Assembly: GCA_963748825.1 (NCBI GenBank)
Contig: CAVVKN010000011.1
Span: 1 to 58,341, forward strand
DNA from: Methanotrichaceae archaeon
GTDB taxonomy: Archaea > Halobacteriota > Methanosarcinia > Methanotrichales > Methanotrichaceae
DNA: 58,341 bases
Direction: 5' to 3'
Position 1 is the first letter of the stretch. Each line of letters starts with the position of its first letter. The translations under genes were made by a program, and so were the position numbers. Of this stretch, positions 49,281 through 58,085 are shown piece by piece. A model generated the notes under the pieces. That model made no database searches and was not told the DNA's origin. It saw nothing but the letters and a program-made list of their open reading frames with translations.

Positions 49281-49553
49281 TTATCTGTAACCCGATTTTC
49301 TTTTCTTTTGGAATATTTTTATAATATTTATAACTCTTTCTGAATCACACACTTCGTATTCTACTCGAAGCTTTCCTACCCTCAGCCGATACAATGTCTC
49401 ACTGCCTTCCACGGGCACGATATCTGCTAATGGGCGAGGCCGGTAGGGATTGCTCTTAATCTCTTCAAGATGGGCAACGATCTTTTTTACGGCATGGCCC
49501 GGAAGCTTATCTAAAGCTTTTTGCGATGTTCGTGATAGCTGTAGCGTGAACAT
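49281..49553 (-). CDS. relE: RelE/ParE-family toxin
   Basis: MFTLQLSRTSQKALDKL..NPY..LYRLRVGKLRVEY; upstream TTTATA box. Confidence 0.88.
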   Translation of the reverse strand: MFTLQLSRTSQKALDKLPGHAVKKIVAHLEEIKSNPYRPRPLADIVPVEGSETLYRLRVGKLRVEYEVCDSERVINIIKIFQKKRKSGYR

Positions 49554-49624
49554 TCTTATTCCAGCTCTTAATCTTTCTAGATTGATATAAAGAGTCTTGG
49601 CTTTTGGGCTTGGGCTATTTGGCA

Positions 49625-49718
49625 CTTTTGCCCAGCAATCTGCAAGAGCCTCCTATCAGGCCGGCGGTATCCCTGGCCATCCGCTCAATGGTGCCCGGGG
49701 CCGGGCTGATCGCAGCGA
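49625..49718 (-). pseudogene. Alpha/beta hydrolase fragment abutting repeat copy 6
   Basis: GRCDQPGP / TIERMARDTAGLI; DNA shares AATGGT..GGGGCCGGGC..ATCGCAGCGACC with 42404-42436. Confidence 0.6.
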
Positions 49719-49786
49719 CCGCTGCCGGACTCCCGGGCCCGCCTGGCCGCCACCCACAGGGCTGCCGGGCTGGGATGGCGAGCGCC
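49719..49786 (+). repeat. GC-rich cassette-separating repeat, copy 6 (5'-truncated)
   Basis: CCGCTGCCGGACTCCCGGGCCCGCCTGGCCGCCACCCACAGGGCTGCCGGGCTGGGATGGCGAGCGCC. Confidence 0.9.
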
Positions 49787-49879
49787 AGCTGGCTAACTCG
49801 AGGCCGGAGAGCTTCATGATTTTCAAGATTGGGATTCTGAGATAAAGTTATATCTTCTGGCGTTGCATGAACTTCTGAT

Positions 49880-50122
49880 ATGTTCTGCGAGTACATCCAA
49901 GCTGCGATCTCTAAGGCGGTCTATGAAGTCATAGATGATGAAGAGCCTTATTACGGCGAAGTGCCCGAATTGAAAGGCGTTTGGGCAACCGGTAAAACTC
50001 CTGAAGAGTGTCGCGAGAATTTGAGGATGGCCATAGAGGACTGGATTGCTTTTAGTCTGCGATTCAATTTACCAATCCCGGTGATTGAAGGTCAGACCAT
50101 AAAAGCACCAGCCGAGGCCTAA
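49880..50122 (+). CDS. hicB: HicB-family antitoxin
   Basis: YYGEVPELKGVWATGKTPEECRENLRMAIEDWI..LPIP. Confidence 0.9.
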   Translation: MFCEYIQAAISKAVYEVIDDEEPYYGEVPELKGVWATGKTPEECRENLRMAIEDWIAFSLRFNLPIPVIEGQTIKAPAEA

Positions 50123-50125
50123 GGC

Positions 50126-50347
50126 ATGTCAAGGTTATGCCCGGTTTCTTGGAATGAGCTGGTAAGAAAACTGCATGCCCTCGGATTCGATGGCCCTTAC
50201 ACAGGCAAAGGGCCACATCCCTTGATGTGGAAAGGAACGATCCGGGTGATGATCCCAAATCCTCATAGAGCTGATGTTAGCGTTGACCTGGTAAAGAAGA
50301 TCCTGAGACAAGGAGAGATTAGCAGAGAAGAATGGCTTTCAGCCTAG
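50126..50347 (+). CDS. hicA: HicA-family toxin
   Basis: ELVRKLHALGFDGPY..GPH...IPNPH..DVSVDLVKKILRQ..ISREEW. Confidence 0.9.
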   Translation: MSRLCPVSWNELVRKLHALGFDGPYTGKGPHPLMWKGTIRVMIPNPHRADVSVDLVKKILRQGEISREEWLSA

Positions 50348-50427
50348 CGAAAAAAGCTGCCCAAAATTCGTCACATCCTGTCTTCCTGCCCGCATGCTTC
50401 GAGCCCTCTTGCCGCCGCCCGCCTGCA

Positions 50428-50519
50428 TGCTCCTGCGCCCGTGAGCGAGGGGCCGCAGCCGGGCACCGGGCCCGCCTGGCCGCCACCCACTTGGCTGCCT
50501 GGCCGGGAGGGCGAGCGCC
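50428..50519 (+). repeat. GC-rich cassette-separating repeat, copy 7
   Basis: TGCTCCTGCGCCCGTGAGCGAGGGG...GGCCGGGAGGGCGAGCGCC. Confidence 0.95.
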
Positions 50520-50633
50520 TCAAGCTCAACTGGGTTTACATGAGACCTTGCCGAAAACGAAAAGAGCGATGCTTTTTGCAACTGTGCAAACTCTTGCGCA
50601 GATAGTTATTTATCATAATAATGGGTAAAATGG

Positions 50634-50906
50634 GTGGAGATAAATATGCCGCTCGCAAAAATCGATGAACGAGGCAGAGTACAACTGCCAAGCCGTCTCC
50701 GGCAAAAGATGAAGCTCAAAGAAGGAGATGAATTCGTAGCGGAAGATCTGGGAGAGGATACGATTGTCCTCAAGAAGATCAACCTGCGGGCACTTCTGGA
50801 GGATGCTATTGAAAAGGCTAAGTCGGTAGACCTGGATAAGCTGGAAAAAGAGATCGAAGAGGAGAGCAATCAGCTTGCCCGACAGAAGTTCAAGATATCT
50901 GCTTGA
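50634..50906 (+). CDS. AbrB/MazE/SpoVT-family antitoxin
   Basis: KIDERGRVQLPSRLRQKMKLKEGD; true start probably ATG 50646. Confidence 0.88.
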   Translation: MEINMPLAKIDERGRVQLPSRLRQKMKLKEGDEFVAEDLGEDTIVLKKINLRALLEDAIEKAKSVDLDKLEKEIEEESNQLARQKFKISA

Positions 50907-50967
50907 TAATACCGTCTTCATAGCCTTAAATTCGATTAGAAGGTCGAGGGCAAGCGGCAGTCGATAG
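50875..50967 (+). pseudogene. Truncated PIN (VapC) toxin N-terminus
   Basis: MPDRSSRYLLDNTVFIA overlapping the AbrB stop, then early TAG. Confidence 0.6.
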
Positions 50968-51571
50968 TGGTGTTGAAGAGCCATCCCGCCGATGTCGCCC
51001 GCCACGATTCACATGGCCCCCTGGTGGAGCAGATGCTCGGCCCTGCAAACAGCTCCCCGAAAGTCGGCATGCCTCACGAGAAGACCGCCCTGCAACGGCC
51101 AGATCGAGGCCAAGGACGTGCAGATAGACGCATGGCAATGAGTTCATATCCTTCCAGCTACTTGCTAAGGTTAATAATTAGGTGTCGAATTTTTGCGGCA
51201 TCGTTGTAGGCAAACATGAAAACAAACTTGGATATGGCCACATCACGGCGCAAAGAGCTTTTGGAGCTTATTGCGTCCGCGTCCGATGAAATCGCGGCAA
51301 TAGATCGCTGTTTACCAATTCTGTATAGTCAAGCCCTAGAGGCCGATCTTCTCCAGAGCAAAGAAAAGCGCTAGCTCAAACTCACTAGCCCCCTCGCGTA
51401 ATTAAGCCCTGGTGATCATAAGATGGCCGCTGTCGAAGAAATCAATTACAGCGAGGCGGCATATGTTGATTACCAATACGAGTATTTGCAGAAGCATAAA
51501 TTAGAAGGGATCACATTAGAGGAATTGCGGTGCACAAGCCTTGTAATCAGAATAAGTCAAGATAGTTAAAA

Positions 51572-53109
51572 CCTTAACTCCGGTTTTTAGGGAATAAATT
51601 AAATCCTAATTTTGCGTCAAGCGTCTCTAATTTTCTAGGTATCTCTGAAATTATATTGCAGTCATTTAATTCTACTAAGTACACCTTGCTCAGATCAAGC
51701 AGGATGTCTTTTGGAGATTGCTTTCTTAAAAGGTCAGCTTTTTTCAGAGCCACCTCAATCTTTGTGTATGCATATAATGATAAAAACGAGATAAAAATAT
51801 GCCCGAAGACACTTTCATTATCCTGCAAATAGAGAATGTCTGCTTGAAGAGCATTTTTGTAGGTATCGAAAAGCTTCTCGATTCGGTCTCTACTTTTATA
51901 TTGCATAAATATAGTATTCTCGTCTAAATCGAGATTAGACACTATCAGGATCTTTCCAGCACGCTTCTGCGCCTCACTAAGTTTATTGGCGTCGATTTTT
52001 CCCTCGTCTAGTTTTTGATAGAGCGTGATGTTTTCTTCAAGCATTAATTGTTGGTCTTCGTATAAATAAAGAAAAATGTCCTCAATTTTTCCTTTTCCGC
52101 ATTTTATCAATCTATCCTGATAAAATAGGTGATTATTCAGACCTATATCTGTCCCATAAAGTAGACTGTTTCTTCTGGCAGGCAAAATGAAGCTCATTTT
52201 CTTTTCTAGCAGGAATTTAATGGCATCCTTCGAAAAGAAACCTCTATCCAATATGATCGTCGATCCTTCTTTATTGGCTTCAACGATGCTGTTATAGAGA
52301 CTCTTTATGTCGCGAACGCTTCCTGGTATCGTTCTAATCAAAGTGGGCAAGCCTGTCTCCAGAGAGCAAAACAGCGCGATATTTATTTGAGGAATGTGGA
52401 TCTTGTTCTTGTTATAGCCAAACTCTGCAAAATTTATTGATGACTTGGTCAACACAGTGCTCAAATCATACACGAGATCTTTGTCCTTTTCAGATAGGGC
52501 TCTAAAAACGGAATCCTGTGCTTGACTGTCTATTCCAACAGCTTTCAACACATGGCTTAAGTTCTTTGCATCCAAATTTGGATTTATCTTTTGAACATTA
52601 TATATTTTATCCCAGGCAGAATGAACTCGTTTCAATGGCATATAGCCAGATGCTCGCGTTATCGCTAGAGCATAGATTTCTTCCCACTCATCTTTGAAAG
52701 CATCCTCAAGGCATGACCTCATATCGGTAAGAATACGGTCAAATAGCATTGCGTTACCATACTCTTTTATGCCTCGAAGATTTTTCGCGGTTACCGATCG
52801 CTTAACTCCCTCAATAAGCCCTTTAGTGCGATCCAGATTGCCGATATAATCGGAATCTTTTATTCGTTTTTTGAGTTGCTTATCCCAGTGTGTCGTTGAA
52901 TGATAGACATAATGATGGTTACTTATATATTTAATTTCTAGTCCTTTCTTTCCCATTTTTCTTTGTTCAATCAGCCATAATTTTGCCCATTCGTCCATGT
53001 ATGGTATATTAGGGAATACATATATTTATAGATTTCCATTGAAATAATTTACAAGAGGTTAAAAATTTAAAATAATATCAAATTTAAGCCCTAAATCGCG
53101 GAGTTAAGG
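51572..53109 (-). mobile_element. IS1634-family insertion sequence, apparently intact
   Basis: TIRs CCTTAACTCCGGTTTTTAGGG / CCTTAACTCCGCGATTTAGGG; 6-bp TSD TTAAAA (51566-51571, 53110-53115). Confidence 0.88.
51574..52998 (-). CDS. IS1634-family DDE transposase
   Basis: VYDLST, FGYNK, PGSVRD, ILDRGF, YKSRDRIEKLFDTYK. Confidence 0.88.
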   Translation of the reverse strand: MDEWAKLWLIEQRKMGKKGLEIKYISNHHYVYHSTTHWDKQLKKRIKDSDYIGNLDRTKGLIEGVKRSVTAKNLRGIKEYGNAMLFDRILTDMRSCLEDAFKDEWEEIYALAITRASGYMPLKRVHSAWDKIYNVQKINPNLDAKNLSHVLKAVGIDSQAQDSVFRALSEKDKDLVYDLSTVLTKSSINFAEFGYNKNKIHIPQINIALFCSLETGLPTLIRTIPGSVRDIKSLYNSIVEANKEGSTIILDRGFFSKDAIKFLLEKKMSFILPARRNSLLYGTDIGLNNHLFYQDRLIKCGKGKIEDIFLYLYEDQQLMLEENITLYQKLDEGKIDANKLSEAQKRAGKILIVSNLDLDENTIFMQYKSRDRIEKLFDTYKNALQADILYLQDNESVFGHIFISFLSLYAYTKIEVALKKADLLRKQSPKDILLDLSKVYLVELNDCNIISEIPRKLETLDAKLGFNLFPKNRS

Positions 53110-53171
53110 TTAAAATACAAATACTAATACTAGTATCACGCTGATTACATCGCTTCCGAAGGCTCGAATAC

Positions 53172-56100
53172 ATGCTGGTCTTACACTCCATCTGGGACAC
53201 GGAAACATTCTACATCTGGGCCGAATCTTCAGCTCTGCCCCTCTCCACCGACGGCAAATCAGATCGCCGCAAGAAACAGCATCCACAGTCTCATCCCTTC
53301 GCCCTGCCTGGCATAGAGCTCAAAGACCTCCTTTCTGAGACCTTCCCCTGGAGCGGCGACGGCTGCCGGGTGGAAGAGCTGACTCTCCGTCTTCCCTCCG
53401 GAAAATCCGGACCTCTTCCCTCCCCCTGGCTTTTGCGGGAGGACTACCTATCTGAAAAACCATCTCTACTGGGCGCCTACGCCGTCCCGGCCCTGGGTCT
53501 CGCGCCCGGCTCCGCCCTCGATCTTCTCCTGGACATGCCCACTCGCCCTCCCCAGGGCACAGCTTATGCCGACTCCATACTCTTCTGGTCACAGCTCGCC
53601 CTCTTTTCTCTGGAGCTTGTATCCCGGGAGCAGTTTGTGCCCGCCATCCGGAAAAGCAGAGCCCTCTGGAAGGCGGTGATCGACGAACCGGACCAAGAGC
53701 GGCTGAATATTTTCATCCGGTCCCTGCCGCCCAGCTGTCTTGGCCTGTCGCCCCTGCTACCCCAGGAGGCAGCGATGGCCCCCCCATCCCGGCTGGTCCA
53801 CAGCTTCGTGAACAGCGCTGTGGACGCACTTGTGCGCAGCAGCCTGGATGGGGGGGTCAGCCTCCTGCCTGCCCGGCGGGGCAGAAGGCCCAAGATCGTC
53901 CCTCTGCCGATTCAATTCCTGGCGGCCCTCACCAGCAAAGAGGCCGGCCTGTCTGCCTCTGCCCCGGAGCTGGTCTCCTTCTCTCTAAAGATGGATTCCT
54001 GGACAGCACAAATCCATCCGAAAATTGAGGACGTGCCATTTCGCACCTGCTTTCGCCTGGAAGCCCCCGGCGTTGAAGATGATGATGATGCCTGGTGTCT
54101 CGCTTTCTTCCTTCAAGCCAAAGATGACAAAAGCCTGATTGTTCCGGCAAAAGAGGTATGGCAGACCAAATCTCGCGCCCTTACCTTCCTCAAGAAGAGG
54201 CTGAAAAATCCACAGGAGCAGCTCCTGGCCGACCTTGGCAAAGCATCTCGGGTCGTTCCTCTGATGGAGAAGTGCCTGGAGAGCGCCCGCCCCACCGGCC
54301 TGGAGATGCAAACCGAGGAGGCCTACTCCTTCCTGCGGGAGTCTGCTCCCCTCCTGGAGCAGAATGGCTTCGGGGTACTGCTGCCTTCCTGGTGGGAGCG
54401 CCCCGGTTCGCGCCTGGGAATAAAGCTTCAGCTCAAAGGTGCGGTAAAAAAAGAGGGCCAGGTCGGCTCGGCCTTCTTCGGGCTCGACACCCTGGTCAAC
54501 TACGACTGGCAGCTCTCCCTGGGCGGCGATATCCTCACTGAGTCCGAGTTCGCCGAGCTGTCCCGCCTCAAGGTCCCCCTCATCCAGATCAGGGGCGAGT
54601 GGATGGAGCTTCGCTCCACAGAGATCGAGGCGGCGATCGAGTTCTTCCGGAAGAACCGGGATCGAGAGATGACAATGGCTGAGGCACTTCGCCTTGGCCT
54701 GAACCTGCCCGGCCAGAGCTTGCCAGGCCAGGAGCTGCTCGGTGTCGATTCATCCCTACCCGTTCTCGGCGTTCAGGCGGAGGGCCAGATCGAGCAGATG
54801 CTCAAAGCCTTGTCCAATCCAGGCAATCTGGAGGATGTTTCGCCTCCTCAAGAGTTTCAGGGCACATTGCGCCCTTACCAGCTGCGGGGCGTCTCCTGGC
54901 TGGAGTACCTGCACCGGATAGGTCTGGGTGCCTGTCTGGCAGACGACATGGGCCTGGGAAAGACCGTGGAGCTGATCGCTTTTCTCCTGCGTGAACGAGA
55001 GCATGAAGGAGAGACTGGAAAGGAAAATGAACCGGCTAAAGAAGAATGTAGGGCCAAAGGCCCCCTCCAGCCTGCTCTTCTCATCTGCCCCATGTCCGTG
55101 GCCGGCAACTGGCAAAAGGAGCTGGAGCGTTTTGCCCCCAGTCTCCGGGTCCTGGTGCATCACGGCCAAAATAGGCTCACGGGTCCCGGCTTCCAACAGG
55201 AGGCTACAGGCAAAGACGTTGTAATCACCACTTACGCTCTCGCCCAGAGGGATGAGGAGCATCTGTCTGCCGTCTCCTGGAGCCATGTAATCCTGGATGA
55301 GGCCCAGAACATCAAGAACCAGGCCGCCCGGCAGACCCAGTCCATAAAACGGCTCCGGTCAGGGCAGAAGATCGCCCTCACCGGAACCCCTGTCGAGAAC
55401 AGGCTCTCCGAGCTATGGTCCATCATGGACTTTCTCAATCCCGGCTACCTGGGATCCGCTGCATCCTTCCGCAAAAATTTTGTGCTGCCAATTGAAAAAT
55501 ACAAAAACAAGAGCAGCTCCGAGGCTCTGCGCTCCATAATTCAGCCCTTTATCTTGCGGCGGCTCAAGACCGATCCAACCGTTATCCAGGATCTGCCCGA
55601 GAAGATGGAGATGCGGGTCAACTACAGCCTCACTGCTGAGCAGGCATCGCTTTATGCCGCCGTGGTCGAGGAGATGCTGGGCCGCATAGAATCGATGGAC
55701 GGCATAGAGCGCAGAGGTCAGATTCTGGCCGCTCTGACCAAGCTAAAACAGATCTGCAACCATCCCGCCCTCTTCCTGCAGGATGGAAGCGCCCTGTCAG
55801 GCCGCTCAGGAAAGCTCTCCCGCCTGGAGGAGATGCTCTATGAGGTCCTGGCCGGTGGCGATAGAGCCTTGATCTTCACCCAGTTTGCCGGAATGGGGGC
55901 CATGCTCAGACACCATCTCCAGGAGAAGCTGGGAGTCGAGGCCCTGTTCCTGCACGGAGGAACCTCCCGAAAGCAGAGGGATGATATGATCCAGAGGTTC
56001 CAGGCGGGTGGATCGCCAATCTTCATACTCTCTTTAAAGGCGGGTGGCTTCGGCCTCAACCTGACCGCAGCGAGCCATGTCTTTCACTTTGATCGATGGT

Positions 56101-56354
56101 GGAATCCGGCAGTGGAAAATCAGGCTACGGATCGTGCCTTTCGTATCGGGCAGAAGAAGAACGTCTTTGTCCACAAGTTCGTGTGTCTCGGCACTCTGGA
56201 AGAGCAAATAGATGAAATGATAGAGAAAAAGAAGGCCCTGGCAGAATCGGTAATAGGGACTGGTGAGTCCTGGCTGACGGAGCTTTCCAATGAGGCGCTA
56301 AGAGACATGCTCTCCTTGCGGCATGCCGTTAGTAGTGGGGATGATGATAAGTGA
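53172..56354 (+). CDS. SNF2-family helicase/ATPase
   Basis: LRPYQ, LADDMGLGKT, DEAQ, LTGTPVEN, FILRRLK, GGFGLNL, WWNPAVENQATDRAFRIGQ. Confidence 0.96.
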   Translation: MLVLHSIWDTETFYIWAESSALPLSTDGKSDRRKKQHPQSHPFALPGIELKDLLSETFPWSGDGCRVEELTLRLPSGKSGPLPSPWLLREDYLSEKPSLLGAYAVPALGLAPGSALDLLLDMPTRPPQGTAYADSILFWSQLALFSLELVSREQFVPAIRKSRALWKAVIDEPDQERLNIFIRSLPPSCLGLSPLLPQEAAMAPPSRLVHSFVNSAVDALVRSSLDGGVSLLPARRGRRPKIVPLPIQFLAALTSKEAGLSASAPELVSFSLKMDSWTAQIHPKIEDVPFRTCFRLEAPGVEDDDDAWCLAFFLQAKDDKSLIVPAKEVWQTKSRALTFLKKRLKNPQEQLLADLGKASRVVPLMEKCLESARPTGLEMQTEEAYSFLRESAPLLEQNGFGVLLPSWWERPGSRLGIKLQLKGAVKKEGQVGSAFFGLDTLVNYDWQLSLGGDILTESEFAELSRLKVPLIQIRGEWMELRSTEIEAAIEFFRKNRDREMTMAEALRLGLNLPGQSLPGQELLGVDSSLPVLGVQAEGQIEQMLKALSNPGNLEDVSPPQEFQGTLRPYQLRGVSWLEYLHRIGLGACLADDMGLGKTVELIAFLLREREHEGETGKENEPAKEECRAKGPLQPALLICPMSVAGNWQKELERFAPSLRVLVHHGQNRLTGPGFQQEATGKDVVITTYALAQRDEEHLSAVSWSHVILDEAQNIKNQAARQTQSIKRLRSGQKIALTGTPVENRLSELWSIMDFLNPGYLGSAASFRKNFVLPIEKYKNKSSSEALRSIIQPFILRRLKTDPTVIQDLPEKMEMRVNYSLTAEQASLYAAVVEEMLGRIESMDGIERRGQILAALTKLKQICNHPALFLQDGSALSGRSGKLSRLEEMLYEVLAGGDRALIFTQFAGMGAMLRHHLQEKLGVEALFLHGGTSRKQRDDMIQRFQAGGSPIFILSLKAGGFGLNLTAASHVFHFDRWWNPAVENQATDRAFRIGQKKNVFVHKFVCLGTLEEQIDEMIEKKKALAESVIGTGESWLTELSNEALRDMLSLRHAVSSGDDDK

Positions 56355-57247
56355 GCCCTTATTGGAGTTACTACGAAAAGACTTCGCCAAAGGAGGTCAA
56401 GAACGGCCTGAAGGCCAAGAGCAAACGTGGCTCTATCGGGGAAACCTGGTGGTCAAAGCGCTGGGTTGGCGTTCTCGAGTCCTTCAATCTGGGAGCCAGG
56501 CTAACAAGGGGAAGATCCTATGCCCGAAAAGGCCAGGTCATCTCCATCGATGTCAAGCCGGGGGCTGTGCAGGCCCGTGTCCAGGGATCATTTCCAGAGC
56601 CATATGATGTATCGATAAAACTGTCACCCCTATCTTCGGAAGAGTGGGAGAAAGCCATCGCTGCCATGGCCTCTAAAGCGGTATTTTCGGCTCGCCTGCT
56701 CTCCGGTGAGATGCCGCAAAACATCGAAGAAGCATTTTCCGACAGTGGCATATCTCTCTTTCCCAAGAAGAACGCGGATCTGAAAACTGATTGCTCCTGT
56801 CCGGATTGGTCGAATCCTTGCAAGCACATAGCTGCGGTCTATTATCTCTTAGCTGAGCAGTTTGACAGTGATCCTTTTCTCATCTTCAAGCTTCGGGGCA
56901 GATCCAAAGAGGAGATAGTCGAGGCTCTGCGCAGTTTCCGCTCTGCCGGGGCCGAAGAAGAATCCGAACAGTCTCGCTCTCCCGATTCTATCTCTGTCTC
57001 CCTCATCGAGGATAAGGCCAAGCCTCTGGAAGAATGCCTGGATTGCTTCTGGAAAAAGGGAAGCGAGCTTGATTTGCTTGGGATTGATCCCAAGAGTCCG
57101 CAGGTGGAGAACGCAGTCCTGAAAAGGCTTGGAGATGCCCCCATCTTAATTGGCCAGGCCAATTTGGCCTTTTTTCTCAAAAAGGCATACGTAATAGCAG
57201 GTCAGGCCGCACTCCAGAAGGCCGTCAGAGGAAGCGAAGAGCCATAA
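56351..57247 (+). CDS. SWIM zinc-finger protein (SNF2 partner)
   Basis: RLTRGRSYAR, CSCPDWSNPCKH, DPFLIFKLRG; overlaps the SNF2 stop. Confidence 0.92.
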   Translation: MSPYWSYYEKTSPKEVKNGLKAKSKRGSIGETWWSKRWVGVLESFNLGARLTRGRSYARKGQVISIDVKPGAVQARVQGSFPEPYDVSIKLSPLSSEEWEKAIAAMASKAVFSARLLSGEMPQNIEEAFSDSGISLFPKKNADLKTDCSCPDWSNPCKHIAAVYYLLAEQFDSDPFLIFKLRGRSKEEIVEALRSFRSAGAEEESEQSRSPDSISVSLIEDKAKPLEECLDCFWKKGSELDLLGIDPKSPQVENAVLKRLGDAPILIGQANLAFFLKKAYVIAGQAALQKAVRGSEEP

Positions 57248-57389
57248 TTTTTTATCCATACAAACCGCTCTCTTCACTAGCCACCGAGCAGACTATAAAT
57301 AGTTTGGAAACATATCTCCATCTTGCAACTTGCATATTATCGAACTTATCGAACACAAAGACAATTATCGAACTAAAGGAGAGTGTGAT

Positions 57390-58085
57390 ATGGGTTTCTT
57401 GGATCGGATGAGCACAGTTGTGCAGGCAAAGATGAACAAGATCATGGATAAGATCGAGGACCCCAGGGAGACCCTGGATGTGTCTTACGAAAAACAGCTC
57501 CAGCTCCTGCAAAATGTTAAAAGGGGCGTAGCCGAGGTCACCACTTCCAAGAAGAGACTCGAGCTGCAAAAGGCCAAGCTGCAGATGAGCCTGGACAAGC
57601 TGGACGGTCAGGCCAAAGAAGCATTGCAGGCGGGGCGCGAGGATCTGGCTCGAAAGGCACTGGAGAACAAGGCTTCCCTGCAGGCACAGTCGACAACACT
57701 AGACCAGCAGATCGCCGACCTCAACGACCAGCAGCAGAAGCTTATGGACGCGGAGAGCCGCCTGGCTACCAAGGTGGAGTCCTTCCGCACCAAGAAAGAG
57801 ACCATCAAAGCCCAGTATTCTGCAGCAGATGCGCAGGTAAAAATCACTGAGTCCGTGACTGGCATCAGTGAAGAGATGGCCGATGTGGGCATGGCCGTGC
57901 AGAGAGCTGAGGAGAAGACGGAGAACATGAAGGCCCGGTCGGCAGCCTTGGACGAGCTTCTCGAGTCGGGAACTTTAACCGATTACTCCGGCAGCAATGA
58001 TCTGGACCGGGAGCTGGCCAAAGTAAAGGCGCAGAGCAGCGTCAATGATATGCTGGCCAAAATGAAGGAGGAGATGAAGAAATGA
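57390..58085 (+). CDS. pspA: PspA/IM30 family protein
   Basis: MGFLDRM..DKIEDPRE..ALQAGREDLARKAL coiled coil. Confidence 0.92.
   Translation: MGFLDRMSTVVQAKMNKIMDKIEDPRETLDVSYEKQLQLLQNVKRGVAEVTTSKKRLELQKAKLQMSLDKLDGQAKEALQAGREDLARKALENKASLQAQSTTLDQQIADLNDQQQKLMDAESRLATKVESFRTKKETIKAQYSAADAQVKITESVTGISEEMADVGMAVQRAEEKTENMKARSAALDELLESGTLTDYSGSNDLDRELAKVKAQSSVNDMLAKMKEEMKK

Noticed and set aside
42445-50519. CRISPR array interpretation of the seven repeats
   Set aside because: Repeats are ~90 bp and degenerate, the intervals are 365-4200 bp and contain genes, and no cas genes are present
42445-50519. Canonical integron attC sites
   Set aside because: No RYYYAAC / GTTRRRY termini in any copy and no IntI-like gene in the window; only the architecture is similar
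42272-50628. ORF-track entries crossing the repeats (e.g. 42272, 42305, 46966, 47084, 48689, 48738, 49604, 50332, 50339)
   Set aside because: Open in several frames on both strands because the repeat is GC-rich; indels between copies break frame, so no protein-level conservation
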